This document shows positions 1-7,260 of a stretch of DNA of 20,000 nt, piece by piece. The number at the start of each line of letters is the position of its first letter. Within the stretch, counting starts at the first letter, position 1. Made by a program: the position numbers and the translations under genes. Origin of the DNA: an uncultured virus (IMG/VR IMGVR_UViG_3300031840_000567) (taxonomy: Duplodnaviria; Heunggongvirae; Uroviricota; Caudoviricetes); the IMG/VR virus record IMGVR_UViG_3300031840_000567. The stretch is one strand, 5' to 3'. The notes under the pieces were generated by a model. It was not told the origin of the DNA. It saw only the letters and a list, made by a program, of their open reading frames with translations, and searched no databases.

Positions 1-83
1 GTGTAGTGTTTACCGATCCGATACAAGGTGAAATCGTAAGATTTCATTAATTGTCGCAGTTCTTTGGGGATCTTAGTGGTCAT
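1..83 (-). CDS. Partial small protein, HicA-like (dsRBD-fold mRNA interferase) N-terminus; runs off the window edge
   Basis: Manual translation from ATG at 83 gives MTTKIPKELRQLMKSYDFTLYRIGKHY. This fits the HicA pattern (helix EL.xL...GF.L.R..G.H). It lies just downstream of the promoter element at 105-160. Confidence 0.45.
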   Translation of the reverse strand, partial: MTTKIPKELRQLMKSYDFTLYRIGKHY

Positions 84-104
84 GGAGGTGTCTTAACCTC
101 ACAT

Positions 105-160
105 ATTCTAGCACCCCACCACTAGAGCGGCAGGGTAGCTAGTCCGGTTCGAGAACTGGT
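105..160 (-). promoter_or_regulatory. Cyanomyovirus-type early promoter element, copy 1
   Basis: Minus strand reads ACCAGTT-CTC-GAACCGGAC, with TGC-TAGAAT (-10 box, 105-110) 34 nt after GAACCG. Confidence 0.75.
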
Positions 161-373
161 TGATTTCTCTAACCTTTTACAGAGATTTAAGGCAGACTGA
201 TAGTTACGGCAGACCTTGTATTGTCTGCCCTGATATACAACTACGAATTTTTTGCTATTTCCAAGCGGGACCGCCGCCACTAACCCGTTTTTGCTCACAT
301 ATCCAGAATATCTTAGTTGTGCATCAAGGATGTGAGTATTTGTATGATAGACTGACTGATAGTTATCAGACAT
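122..373 (-). CDS. Hypothetical phage protein (83 aa)
   Basis: ORF track; same strand as neighbours; its start overlaps the stop of the upstream 366-527 ORF. Confidence 0.75.
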   Translation of the reverse strand: MSDNYQSVYHTNTHILDAQLRYSGYVSKNGLVAAVPLGNSKKFVVVYQGRQYKVCRNYQSALNLCKRLEKSTSSRTGLATLPL

Positions 374-527
374 TCATATTCACACGCATGATTTGCACAT
401 CACCATACTGAGATTCAACGATTTGTTCAGCACCTTGTTGATCTTGGCACTGAACATTAACAGTTTGCATTCCAGTCCTAGCAGAGTAGAATGTCACTTC
501 AGCAGAGCGGTTGTTGTTTCCAAACAT
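366..527 (-). CDS. Small hypothetical protein (53 aa), not in ORF track
   Basis: MFGNNNRSAEVTFYSARTGMQTVNVQCQDQQGAEQIVESQYGDVQIMRVNMNV*; fills the gap and overlaps the next start by 8 bp. Confidence 0.7.
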   Translation of the reverse strand: MFGNNNRSAEVTFYSARTGMQTVNVQCQDQQGAEQIVESQYGDVQIMRVNMNV

Positions 528-542
528 AATAAAAAGAGAGAA

Positions 543-707
543 TTAAGCAGATGGGACGGTAGTTAGAACAGTTTCTATTCTACCATTAGGAACATCAATT
601 GTAAACTGATCCTTAGCAGAGTCAACAGTATCTGCTAAGATTACTGCCTCTAATAGAGGTCCAGAACCATTGACTTTGTAAGAGATTGTGTGCTTGAACT
701 TTGCCAT
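543..707 (-). CDS. Small hypothetical protein (54 aa), not in ORF track
   Basis: MAKFKHTISYKVNGSGPLLEAVILADTVDSAKDQFTIDVPNGRIETVLTTVPSA*; starts 2 nt after the helicase stop. Confidence 0.7.
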   Translation of the reverse strand: MAKFKHTISYKVNGSGPLLEAVILADTVDSAKDQFTIDVPNGRIETVLTTVPSA

Positions 708-709
708 TT

Positions 710-1975
710 TTATGCGAATGAGTGGGCGGGAAGACCATCAACAAAGATGAGATCAATAACTTTTTGCAAACGATTGCGCGTTGCTTGTGATGCTTTGCCA
801 CACAGGGGGACAGTCACAACACCATGAGATTTACGATATTGTGAAAGCTTACCAGGAATAATCCTACCTTCAGCAATATCTTTTGCATCATCCTTATGTA
901 GACGAATGACACGACCAATTGTCTGTGCCATCTCAATCACAGGCAGATTACGCAGTAGAATAGTATGCGTTAGACCAGGAACATTGATACCCTCAGACAG
1001 AATAGAATAATGAAAGACGATGAACTTTTTCTGATCATCAGCACCCCATTCTTGAAGAGTCTCAAAGAACTTATCACGACCTACTTTGTCACGATTGATA
1101 TATGCACCATGCTTAGATGTGATGTGCATAATATCATAACCCATCTCATTCAAACTATCAAGAATATCTGTACGAGAAAGCATTGCCCACAATACACGGG
1201 TGTTAGGTGCGGCAACTAGAATCTTTGCAGCATCATCATCACCAAGGTCATCAATAATGTCTAGTACCATCTCACGATCTACATCATGTGCATTATGCTT
1301 ATTACGCACAAGTTCTGTCTCATGAACAACAAGCTCGGGAGGAATAATGCTGCCATTGTTGATAAGTTCAGGAGCAGGAACAATCTCCAGAGTATTACCG
1401 AACACGACTTGATTGTTCATGCCATTTGCAAAAGGATTGCGAGAATACTTAGGAGTTGCAGTAAAGAAATACGAATTAGATGCTAGTTGTGAAGTAGCAG
1501 CAACACCGACAAAGTGATTCTTTTGAATTGCATTGTGTGCCTCGTCACAATACATAACATCGACTTTGATGCCACTGTCAACAACTTTATGCAAACTGTG
1601 ATAAGTGGTGAAGATAAGTTGATGAACATTTACATTCATGCAAACATCATCATGACGCTGAATTTGATCGACTTTAGTAGTCTTAAAATGAGAAGTCTCA
1701 CCACTGTGAATGTGCATCACAGTAAAGTTGTTGTTGTACTCATAACCATCGATATTGTCAAGATACTGCATGAACTCACTACAAAGTTGTGAGGCAAGCA
1801 GAATGCGAGGAGCAACGACTACGATAGTCTGAGCAACATTAGCTGCATCAAGTCTGCGAACACAATCTTCCATCATGATGACTGTCTTGCCACCACCAGT
1901 AGGAACATAGACGCAACCTTTGTTATTACCAGCAAGAGCAGTGAGAGCGCGTTGCTGGTGTGGTCGTAGTTGCAT
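710..1975 (-). CDS. Superfamily 2 DEAD/DEAH-box helicase (ResIII-like)
   Basis: Q motif LRPHQ, Walker A PTGGGKT, motif Ia APRILL, Walker B DEAH, motif III TAT, motif V LSEGINVP, motif VI QTIGRVIR. Confidence 0.92.
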   Translation of the reverse strand: MQLRPHQQRALTALAGNNKGCVYVPTGGGKTVIMMEDCVRRLDAANVAQTIVVVAPRILLASQLCSEFMQYLDNIDGYEYNNNFTVMHIHSGETSHFKTTKVDQIQRHDDVCMNVNVHQLIFTTYHSLHKVVDSGIKVDVMYCDEAHNAIQKNHFVGVAATSQLASNSYFFTATPKYSRNPFANGMNNQVVFGNTLEIVPAPELINNGSIIPPELVVHETELVRNKHNAHDVDREMVLDIIDDLGDDDAAKILVAAPNTRVLWAMLSRTDILDSLNEMGYDIMHITSKHGAYINRDKVGRDKFFETLQEWGADDQKKFIVFHYSILSEGINVPGLTHTILLRNLPVIEMAQTIGRVIRLHKDDAKDIAEGRIIPGKLSQYRKSHGVVTVPLCGKASQATRNRLQKVIDLIFVDGLPAHSFA

Positions 1976-1997
1976 TGAAGTTCTGTCGTATGCAATA

Positions 1998-2053
1998 ATT
2001 ATAGCAGATCCATATCTTTTCGCTTGTGTCCCGTGTCCAGTTTGCGAACTGTC
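1998..2053 (-). promoter_or_regulatory. Early promoter element, copy 2 (upstream of the helicase)
   Basis: GACAGTT-CGC-AAACTGGAC, with TGC-TATAAT (1998-2003) 34 nt after AAACTG. Confidence 0.8.
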
Positions 2054-2160
2054 TTAGTATGTTCGTACCATGGATGCTCATAAGGTTGATTCATATTATT
2101 CTCTACCCATCTTTTAAGAGATTCATATCTCTCTTTCCAAATTAGTGCTTCTTCAGTCAT
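1999..2160 (-). CDS. Small hypothetical protein (53 aa), not in ORF track
   Basis: MTEEALIWKERYESLKRWVENNMNQPYEHPWYEHTKTVRKLDTGHKRKDMDLL*; start overlaps the upstream stop, and its TAA lies inside the TATAAT box. Confidence 0.6.
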   Translation of the reverse strand: MTEEALIWKERYESLKRWVENNMNQPYEHPWYEHTKTVRKLDTGHKRKDMDLL

Positions 2161-2353
2161 TTTTGTCTAATACTTCAATGTGTGATAGGAACGAGGAGGG
2201 ATATTGAAACCATATTGATTGTGCTATATCCCAAGCATCAGTATTCAGTGACTCACCATTAGCTAATACAACTTTGTAGTTGTGTCTATCGTAGGGTTCA
2301 TCACTAGAATTAGTGAAATAGCGAGGATCACTAGGATCAATTAGTTGAGTCAT
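2153..2353 (-). CDS. Hypothetical phage protein (66 aa)
   Basis: ORF track; directly downstream of promoter copy 3. Confidence 0.75.
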   Translation of the reverse strand: MTQLIDPSDPRYFTNSSDEPYDRHNYKVVLANGESLNTDAWDIAQSIWFQYPSSFLSHIEVLDKND

Positions 2354-2501
2354 CTAATCTTGGTCTATGTCCATATTCTATCACAACCTCATCATGTTCA
2401 GTGTTGTCTGTTGTGACAGTTTTGTAAGTGATTGTATACTTCTCAGATAGCAATCTAGCAGCAGTATGCAAAGCCCATGCTAATTCATTGTCCTTCGACA
2501 T
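2337..2501 (-). CDS. Small hypothetical protein (54 aa), not in ORF track
   Basis: MSKDNELAWALHTAARLLSEKYTITYKTVTTDNTEHDEVVIEYGHRPRLDDSTN*; overlaps both neighbours by 17 bp. Confidence 0.65.
   Translation of the reverse strand: MSKDNELAWALHTAARLLSEKYTITYKTVTTDNTEHDEVVIEYGHRPRLDDSTN
2375..2432 (-). promoter_or_regulatory. Early promoter element, copy 3
   Basis: ATCACTT-ACA-AAACTGTCA, with TGA-TAGAAT (2375-2380) 36 nt after AAACTG; entirely inside the 2337-2501 ORF. Confidence 0.6.
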
Positions 2502-2691
2502 GTTTCTCTGCCTTTAATTGTCTGAAGTATAGTTTATAATAGTTTTTCTTTATAGATTCAATCTTGAGCATATCTTCTTCAAATCCTAGGTATTTAAGCA
2601 TCTGATATGACCCCTCTAACTCACTGATTAGTCTTGCATAGTTAGCAGAACATCTCTCCTGTCCACCAAATTCATACTTACCCAACTCCAT
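2485..2691 (-). CDS. Hypothetical phage protein (~68 aa)
   Basis: ORF track 2485..2703; the second ATG (2691, MELGKYEFGG) is preferred because it gives a shorter overlap with the upstream gene. Confidence 0.7.
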   Translation of the reverse strand: MELGKYEFGGQERCSANYARLISELEGSYQMLKYLGFEEDMLKIESIKKNYYKLYFRQLKAEKHVEGQ

Positions 2692-3025
2692 ACAAGATTC
2701 CACCTTTGAATGTTAAATATCGTCGCGGAAGTGCCGCATAATGTGCATCCCATTTTGCAGGATATACTTCTATCTCCTTATCTATGAATACGGGGCTAAC
2801 TTTACCATGACAACCATTTGGAACTGGTTTTACTCTCTCCCATATATTCTCTGCTTTCTCATTAATAATAAGATCGTGTGTTCCTTGATAATTAATGTCC
2901 CACAATCTACCTGCGGGATCTATCCAATACTGACACATGCAACACTCTAAATCCTTGGTCTGCAATTCTTTATGAAACCCAGCACCAAGGTCATAAGATG
3001 ATTTTAGAGTATCAAACATGCCCAT
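2678..3025 (-). CDS. Hypothetical phage protein (115 aa)
   Basis: ORF track; MGMFD...QTKDL...YWIDPAG; starts 1 nt after the nuclease stop. Confidence 0.8.
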   Translation of the reverse strand: MGMFDTLKSSYDLGAGFHKELQTKDLECCMCQYWIDPAGRLWDINYQGTHDLIINEKAENIWERVKPVPNGCHGKVSPVFIDKEIEVYPAKWDAHYAALPRRYLTFKGGILYGVG

Positions 3026-3026
3026 G

Positions 3027-3731
3027 TCATTGGTAGATATGAAACATCATACCGTGATAACCAGAGTTGTACTTCTTACCTGATCCTTTCATTTGCAGAT
3101 GGAACAGTTTAACTCCTTCAGCGGTATAAAAATGTAGTGTCGTATTATTTAGAACCCACTCTCCACCCTCACATAGCTTTTCAAGTTTTGCAATGTCAAT
3201 GAAGCGCATTTGATCACTTTTCTTATTGCGCCATATCATCTGACTCACAGGATAACCATCATTAAGACCTTTACGAACAATCACATCAAAAATTGCCATC
3301 TTATTGGCGTTCATAAAGGTCATGAAGGCGTCTTTAATACCCTGAGGGATATTGTTAGCGTACACACGATTTTGACGAATCTCAGCGTCACTCAGAACGA
3401 GATCTTTATGGCGTAAAGAAATAGTAGACATACCATAGTTATTAGGAACACCAAAGAACAACCTAATAAACAAAGCTGGAAAAGTCTCTTGAAGTCCAAA
3501 ATACTCAATAAATTTACGAGAGGATAGTAATGCTACTTGAGTATGATTCTTGCTTACATTCTTGACAGAATATGCAATACCAGAATCATTGTCATATACA
3601 TCAACTTTGGTATCTGGGCGACCATTGACAACATGATCACCACCAAATATCTCATTTAGATACTCAGGCAAACTGTGCTCAAACTTGTGACCCTCAGTTT
3701 TAGCAAGTCGTCCTGCTTCAGTTGCGTTCAT
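3027..3731 (-). CDS. PD-(D/E)XK endonuclease resembling type II restriction enzymes of the HinP1I/MspI group
   Basis: Motif order AKxxGxxxE, KVDV, YSVK, HTQV, LQMKGSG parallels the HinP1I-type motifs as I recall them (AKxGFKNE, KSDI, QVK, NQI, LQRKGG). Confidence 0.65.
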   Translation of the reverse strand: MNATEAGRLAKTEGHKFEHSLPEYLNEIFGGDHVVNGRPDTKVDVYDNDSGIAYSVKNVSKNHTQVALLSSRKFIEYFGLQETFPALFIRLFFGVPNNYGMSTISLRHKDLVLSDAEIRQNRVYANNIPQGIKDAFMTFMNANKMAIFDVIVRKGLNDGYPVSQMIWRNKKSDQMRFIDIAKLEKLCEGGEWVLNNTTLHFYTAEGVKLFHLQMKGSGKKYNSGYHGMMFHIYQ

Positions 3732-3752
3732 GGTTGCCTGTCTTATGCCTAT

Positions 3753-3808
3753 ATTATAGCAATTAGAACCACGCTGTCACTTCTTCTTGGTCCGCTTCTT
3801 AAAGTGTC
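3753..3808 (-). promoter_or_regulatory. Early promoter element, copy 4 (upstream of the nuclease)
   Basis: GACACTT-TAA-GAAGCGGAC, with TGC-TATAAT (3753-3758) 34 nt after GAAGCG. Confidence 0.75.
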
Positions 3809-5195
3809 CATCCATCATCGAATCTAACACAATTTCACCAAATTTCTCACTTGGTTCCCACAATGGTGACATGAGAGGATATTTGTTTGCATATGGAGCA
3901 CCTAAACCATATACAGCTTGACAGAAACTTTGGTACGGACCTAACATTCTATATGGTTCATCTGACTCATCTGTCATTCTCTGACGCAGAAAGTATTTGT
4001 CATCTGCTTCTGCTTGATACCTGAAATAATCAAGTCTAATGTTTTCTTCCTCAGGGATCTCGTCTAATTTTACATATACTTCTCTACGCTCAGTTGAGTG
4101 AAGATCTTTATCTTCCAAGAGTCTACATGCTTTCTCTCTAGTTTGAACCCAGAAGTCAGAATGACGATACTTTGATCCAAACTGCAAGTAAAATGCCATG
4201 ACTGCTGCTTGATCAATCTGACCATCTCTCCACCGATCTTCTACCTCAAGACGCTGTATATTGTTACAAGGTTTTTCATCATCACCAAAGATAAATTCTC
4301 CTAATGCTTCACCTAAATCAGTCTCAACATAACTACGGAACCCAGTTAAGTCATCATTCATACCTAACGCACGACCACAACGGGCATACATTCTATTTTT
4401 GTTGACACAATAGTCAGATGTTTTATGATCTGATTCAGTTTTCTTATATGAACAGTGTTTTTTAACTGCACAATGAGTATTAAAATCTTCTACTGCTTGC
4501 TCTTCAGTTGTAATATCACTGTCATATGAATATATCCATGTTTGTGCATCTTGTGTAGGAACACCAGTCAAATATCCATGCTCAGTAGCAATGTATGCAG
4601 TGTAATCCCAATCACCAGGAATCTTACGATTAACCGTTAGCTTTGTATCAGTTGGATTATATAATGCATCACTATATGACTCTTTATCCCACAGTCCACC
4701 TCTCACACAATCAACAATAAAATCAAACTCTTCACCATCAATATATGCTTTTCTATCTTCTTCTGAGAACCCAATAGTTTCAACTCTTTTATCAATTAAG
4801 TTAAGATTAAAGTGTTGATTTTGGAGATTTTCCCAATAGAACTCAACAAACTTACCTTCATCGATGTGCATTGAGATCTCGGTGGGATCAAACATGACAA
4901 AGAAGTTCTTATCAATTCTATTACCAAACCCAATAAACTTTAACCCAAGTTTTTGAGTCGCATCAAATCTTTTATGAAAATCGAGTGTACTAATTGTGGT
5001 GTTGGTAGAAATAACAGTAAGCCAAAGTGTATTGACTTGCACTCCGAAGTTGTCAATTTTATGCGAGCAATCCCGTATCCATGTAATTTCGTCATCCTGG
5101 TATTCACTATCTTGTAGGTCTCTTCGCGAGATGAGTTGAGCAACAGTCGATACTGCATCTGCACCCGCACCGATGACAGCAATTTTCCTACTCAT
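3777..5195 (-). CDS. Divergent tryptophan halogenase (PrnA)-like FAD-dependent protein
   Basis: N-terminal Rossmann motif KIAVIGAG; ATQKLGLKF (halogenase catalytic-Lys motif); MHID; DFIVDC; TAYIATEHGYLTGVP at the WxWxIP position; FW near the C-terminus. Confidence 0.75.
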   Translation of the reverse strand: MSRKIAVIGAGADAVSTVAQLISRRDLQDSEYQDDEITWIRDCSHKIDNFGVQVNTLWLTVISTNTTISTLDFHKRFDATQKLGLKFIGFGNRIDKNFFVMFDPTEISMHIDEGKFVEFYWENLQNQHFNLNLIDKRVETIGFSEEDRKAYIDGEEFDFIVDCVRGGLWDKESYSDALYNPTDTKLTVNRKIPGDWDYTAYIATEHGYLTGVPTQDAQTWIYSYDSDITTEEQAVEDFNTHCAVKKHCSYKKTESDHKTSDYCVNKNRMYARCGRALGMNDDLTGFRSYVETDLGEALGEFIFGDDEKPCNNIQRLEVEDRWRDGQIDQAAVMAFYLQFGSKYRHSDFWVQTREKACRLLEDKDLHSTERREVYVKLDEIPEEENIRLDYFRYQAEADDKYFLRQRMTDESDEPYRMLGPYQSFCQAVYGLGAPYANKYPLMSPLWEPSEKFGEIVLDSMMDGHFKKRTKKK

Positions 5196-5218
5196 GCGTC
5201 TAAAATTATATCTTCGTC

Positions 5219-5225
5219 TATTTAG
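5219..5225 (-). promoter_or_regulatory. T4-type (gp55) late promoter CTAAATA upstream of the halogenase-like gene
   Basis: CTAAATA on the minus strand, 23 nt before ATG 5195; overlaps the stop of the upstream small ORF. Confidence 0.65.
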
Positions 5226-5383
5226 TTAAAAACGGGTAGAATATCGTAGTCTTCAATTCCTTGCTCTTTTAGCACATTAATATACCAGATTACATCTTCT
5301 TGTCTGTAGAATACTGCCTTTTGAAATGAAGAGTATCCTTTCTTTGGGCGCTTCCAATGTAGAGCGAATTTCATTGAACTCAT
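5222..5383 (-). CDS. Small hypothetical protein (50-53 aa)
   Basis: MSSMKFALHWKRPKKGYSS...ILPVFN; a start at ATG 5383 or 5374 lies downstream of the sigma70-type promoter. Confidence 0.7.
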   Translation of the reverse strand: MSSMKFALHWKRPKKGYSSFQKAVFYRQEDVIWYINVLKEQGIEDYDILPVFN

Positions 5384-5414
5384 AGCTATAGTTGTGCTGA
5401 ACTTCGACAAAGTT

Positions 5415-5443
5415 ACTCTACTTGGAATTCCAGGTCTTGTCAA
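5415..5443 (-). promoter_or_regulatory. Sigma70-type promoter
   Basis: TTGACA (5438-5443), 17-nt spacer, TAGAGT (5415-5420); embedded in the 3' end of the 392-aa gene. Confidence 0.65.
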
Positions 5444-6596
5444 CCGTAATGTTAGCAAGACGAAACTCATCGTCAACAAACTTCATCATTGACTTGTCAT
5501 TGTGAACAACATATCCCTCAGGACTTGTGGGAGTTTGACCGATAAATGTCTTGATAGTGCGAACTTTGTTGAGTTGGTCAATGACCATTTTCTTAGCAGT
5601 ACGAATAGAAATATACGCGGCAATCAAGAAGTACAACTCACGACGATACATAGCGATGAACATGAGACCATCAGTCTCCATGTTTTCGTATTTTTTCTGA
5701 GTTGCAGCAGTTTTCTTCTTGCCCCTCTCAGTTTGAATAGCAACTCTGTAGAATTGTGCAAACTCAGCAACCATTGTCTTGGCATTGACAACACCACGAC
5801 CACCACGGATACGCTGATTGAAGAACTTTTTGAGAAGAAGGTGCATCATTAGGTTAGATTTACCTTGACCTTGTAGGATGTCAAGAAACTTAGAAGATTG
5901 CTTTAGCGCACCTTGTGCGAGATTGATGTGAGCATTGAATGTATACAGATCTCTTTCATCAAAAAGAGAAGCACCAGTGGCATCAATAAAATTCGCACTG
6001 GCAACAAAAACATCCTCAGTAGAATGATACTTAGGGGCTTTTTTGAGAGGTACAACTTCCGCAGTCTGTAGAGTATCGCCCTTGTATTTTGTATGAAATA
6101 CGATTCCAAGTTTGGAAAGATGAACGACAGAACCTGTACGGGAATGACGATCAACAGCATAAGTAATAGTGTTAGGAGTGAAACAAATAACTCTGTTTCC
6201 ACCGACAATACCGCTTCTCTTGTCTTCTTGAGTGAATAGTAAGTCACCTTGAACAATACCAGAGATATTAAGTTGAGGAAGATATTCTAGACAATCTTTG
6301 AGCTTTGATGCAAGTTGACCGTTGTAAAAACGATCTACATCAGTGTCATCAAAACAAATTTTAGGATTGACTTTGTTGAATACTGATTTAGTACCGACAA
6401 AGAAACGACCACTGACAGGTTCAGTGCCACAAATAATAGCTGGGGCACCATCCCACTTGGTAGTGATATTTAAGTCACTGGACTTGCCAGATAACATATC
6501 ACTGAACTGTCGGAGGAAAGTAACAACATTGAAACCGCCAGCAGTGCCGCTGTTCAGGATCTCGTCTTCTAGGTGCTCAAGGTGGGTGTTTTTCAT
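5418..6596 (-). CDS. Ligase-like nucleotidyltransferase (DUF6267-type phage protein)
   Basis: NTHLEHLED N-terminus; motif I TTKWDG; FFVGTKS; QGDLLF (III); EGYVV (IV); MKFV (V), matching the ATP-dependent ligase/capping enzyme superfamily. Confidence 0.7.
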   Translation of the reverse strand: MKNTHLEHLEDEILNSGTAGGFNVVTFLRQFSDMLSGKSSDLNITTKWDGAPAIICGTEPVSGRFFVGTKSVFNKVNPKICFDDTDVDRFYNGQLASKLKDCLEYLPQLNISGIVQGDLLFTQEDKRSGIVGGNRVICFTPNTITYAVDRHSRTGSVVHLSKLGIVFHTKYKGDTLQTAEVVPLKKAPKYHSTEDVFVASANFIDATGASLFDERDLYTFNAHINLAQGALKQSSKFLDILQGQGKSNLMMHLLLKKFFNQRIRGGRGVVNAKTMVAEFAQFYRVAIQTERGKKKTAATQKKYENMETDGLMFIAMYRRELYFLIAAYISIRTAKKMVIDQLNKVRTIKTFIGQTPTSPEGYVVHNDKSMMKFVDDEFRLANITVDKTWNSK

Positions 6597-6602
6597 GTCC
6601 TT

Positions 6603-6657
6603 ATTATAGCGTCTGTGGGGCGCTGTGGGGGCGTTAGTGGACAGTTCTTCATCTGAA
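6603..6657 (-). promoter_or_regulatory. Early promoter element, copy 5
   Basis: TTCAGAT-GAA-GAACTGTCC, with CGC-TATAAT (6603-6608) 33 nt after GAACTG; ATG follows only 6 nt after the -10 box. Confidence 0.7.
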
Positions 6658-7251
6658 CCCAGGACCAGTCGCCCAGACCACTAGAGAGCGTCTTGTGCCC
6701 CTAGTGATAGGTGTTACACGATGTAAAACATAGCTAGGAAATACTGTTACTATTCCTCTGTCATTTGCAATTGTATGAACTTCTCCATCATTAACTTGAA
6801 GTTCTCCACCATCATAATCATCAGGATCAGTTAGTTGTATTGACATGCTCAACTTTCTAGGTGGAGCATCACCAAGTATCATATTATCTACATGCCAACG
6901 ATAGAAAGACTTATCATCATTGTAAACAGTATATTGAAGATGCTCATGAAATCCATGAAGATCAAATCTCCAGTGCATACCATTCATACACCTAAGAATA
7001 TTTCCTAGCCTGTCATATATCCATTCAGTCTCATCATTTAGCTCAATCCATGAGTTTTTAGATTTTCTAATACTTTCTACTACTTCATTAGATTCATCAT
7101 CAACACCAACTATGGATGCTTGAGGATTTAATGACTCACCATATCTAATAATTCTGTCACACTCTTGTGGGGTGAATCCTTCTACCCAAGTTTCATATAA
7201 AATCTCCCCCATACCGAAATTGGGTGAGGGGGATAGACGATAAATTGACAT
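6649..7251 (-). CDS. 2OG-Fe(II) oxygenase (prolyl-4-hydroxylase/PKHD-like)
   Basis: HxD (WHVD), RKLS, YDGGEL, FPS, distal His (LHRV), 2OG-binding Arg (RRSLVVW). Confidence 0.93.
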   Translation of the reverse strand: MSIYRLSPSPNFGMGEILYETWVEGFTPQECDRIIRYGESLNPQASIVGVDDESNEVVESIRKSKNSWIELNDETEWIYDRLGNILRCMNGMHWRFDLHGFHEHLQYTVYNDDKSFYRWHVDNMILGDAPPRKLSMSIQLTDPDDYDGGELQVNDGEVHTIANDRGIVTVFPSYVLHRVTPITRGTRRSLVVWATGPGFR

Positions 7252-7260
7252 AATAAAAAA

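Noticed and set aside
5384..5479. N-terminal extension of the 85-aa ORF in the track
   Set aside because: It overlaps the upstream gene and begins upstream of the sigma70 promoter; ATG 5383 or 5374 fits better.
160..6609. Plus-strand ORFs in the early region (e.g. 160-411, 1514-1792, 5502-5852)
   Set aside because: They are antisense to tightly packed minus-strand genes, and all promoter elements point the other way.
6609..6640. G-quadruplex in the G-rich promoter spacer
   Set aside because: Only two long G-tracts are present, too few for an intramolecular quadruplex.
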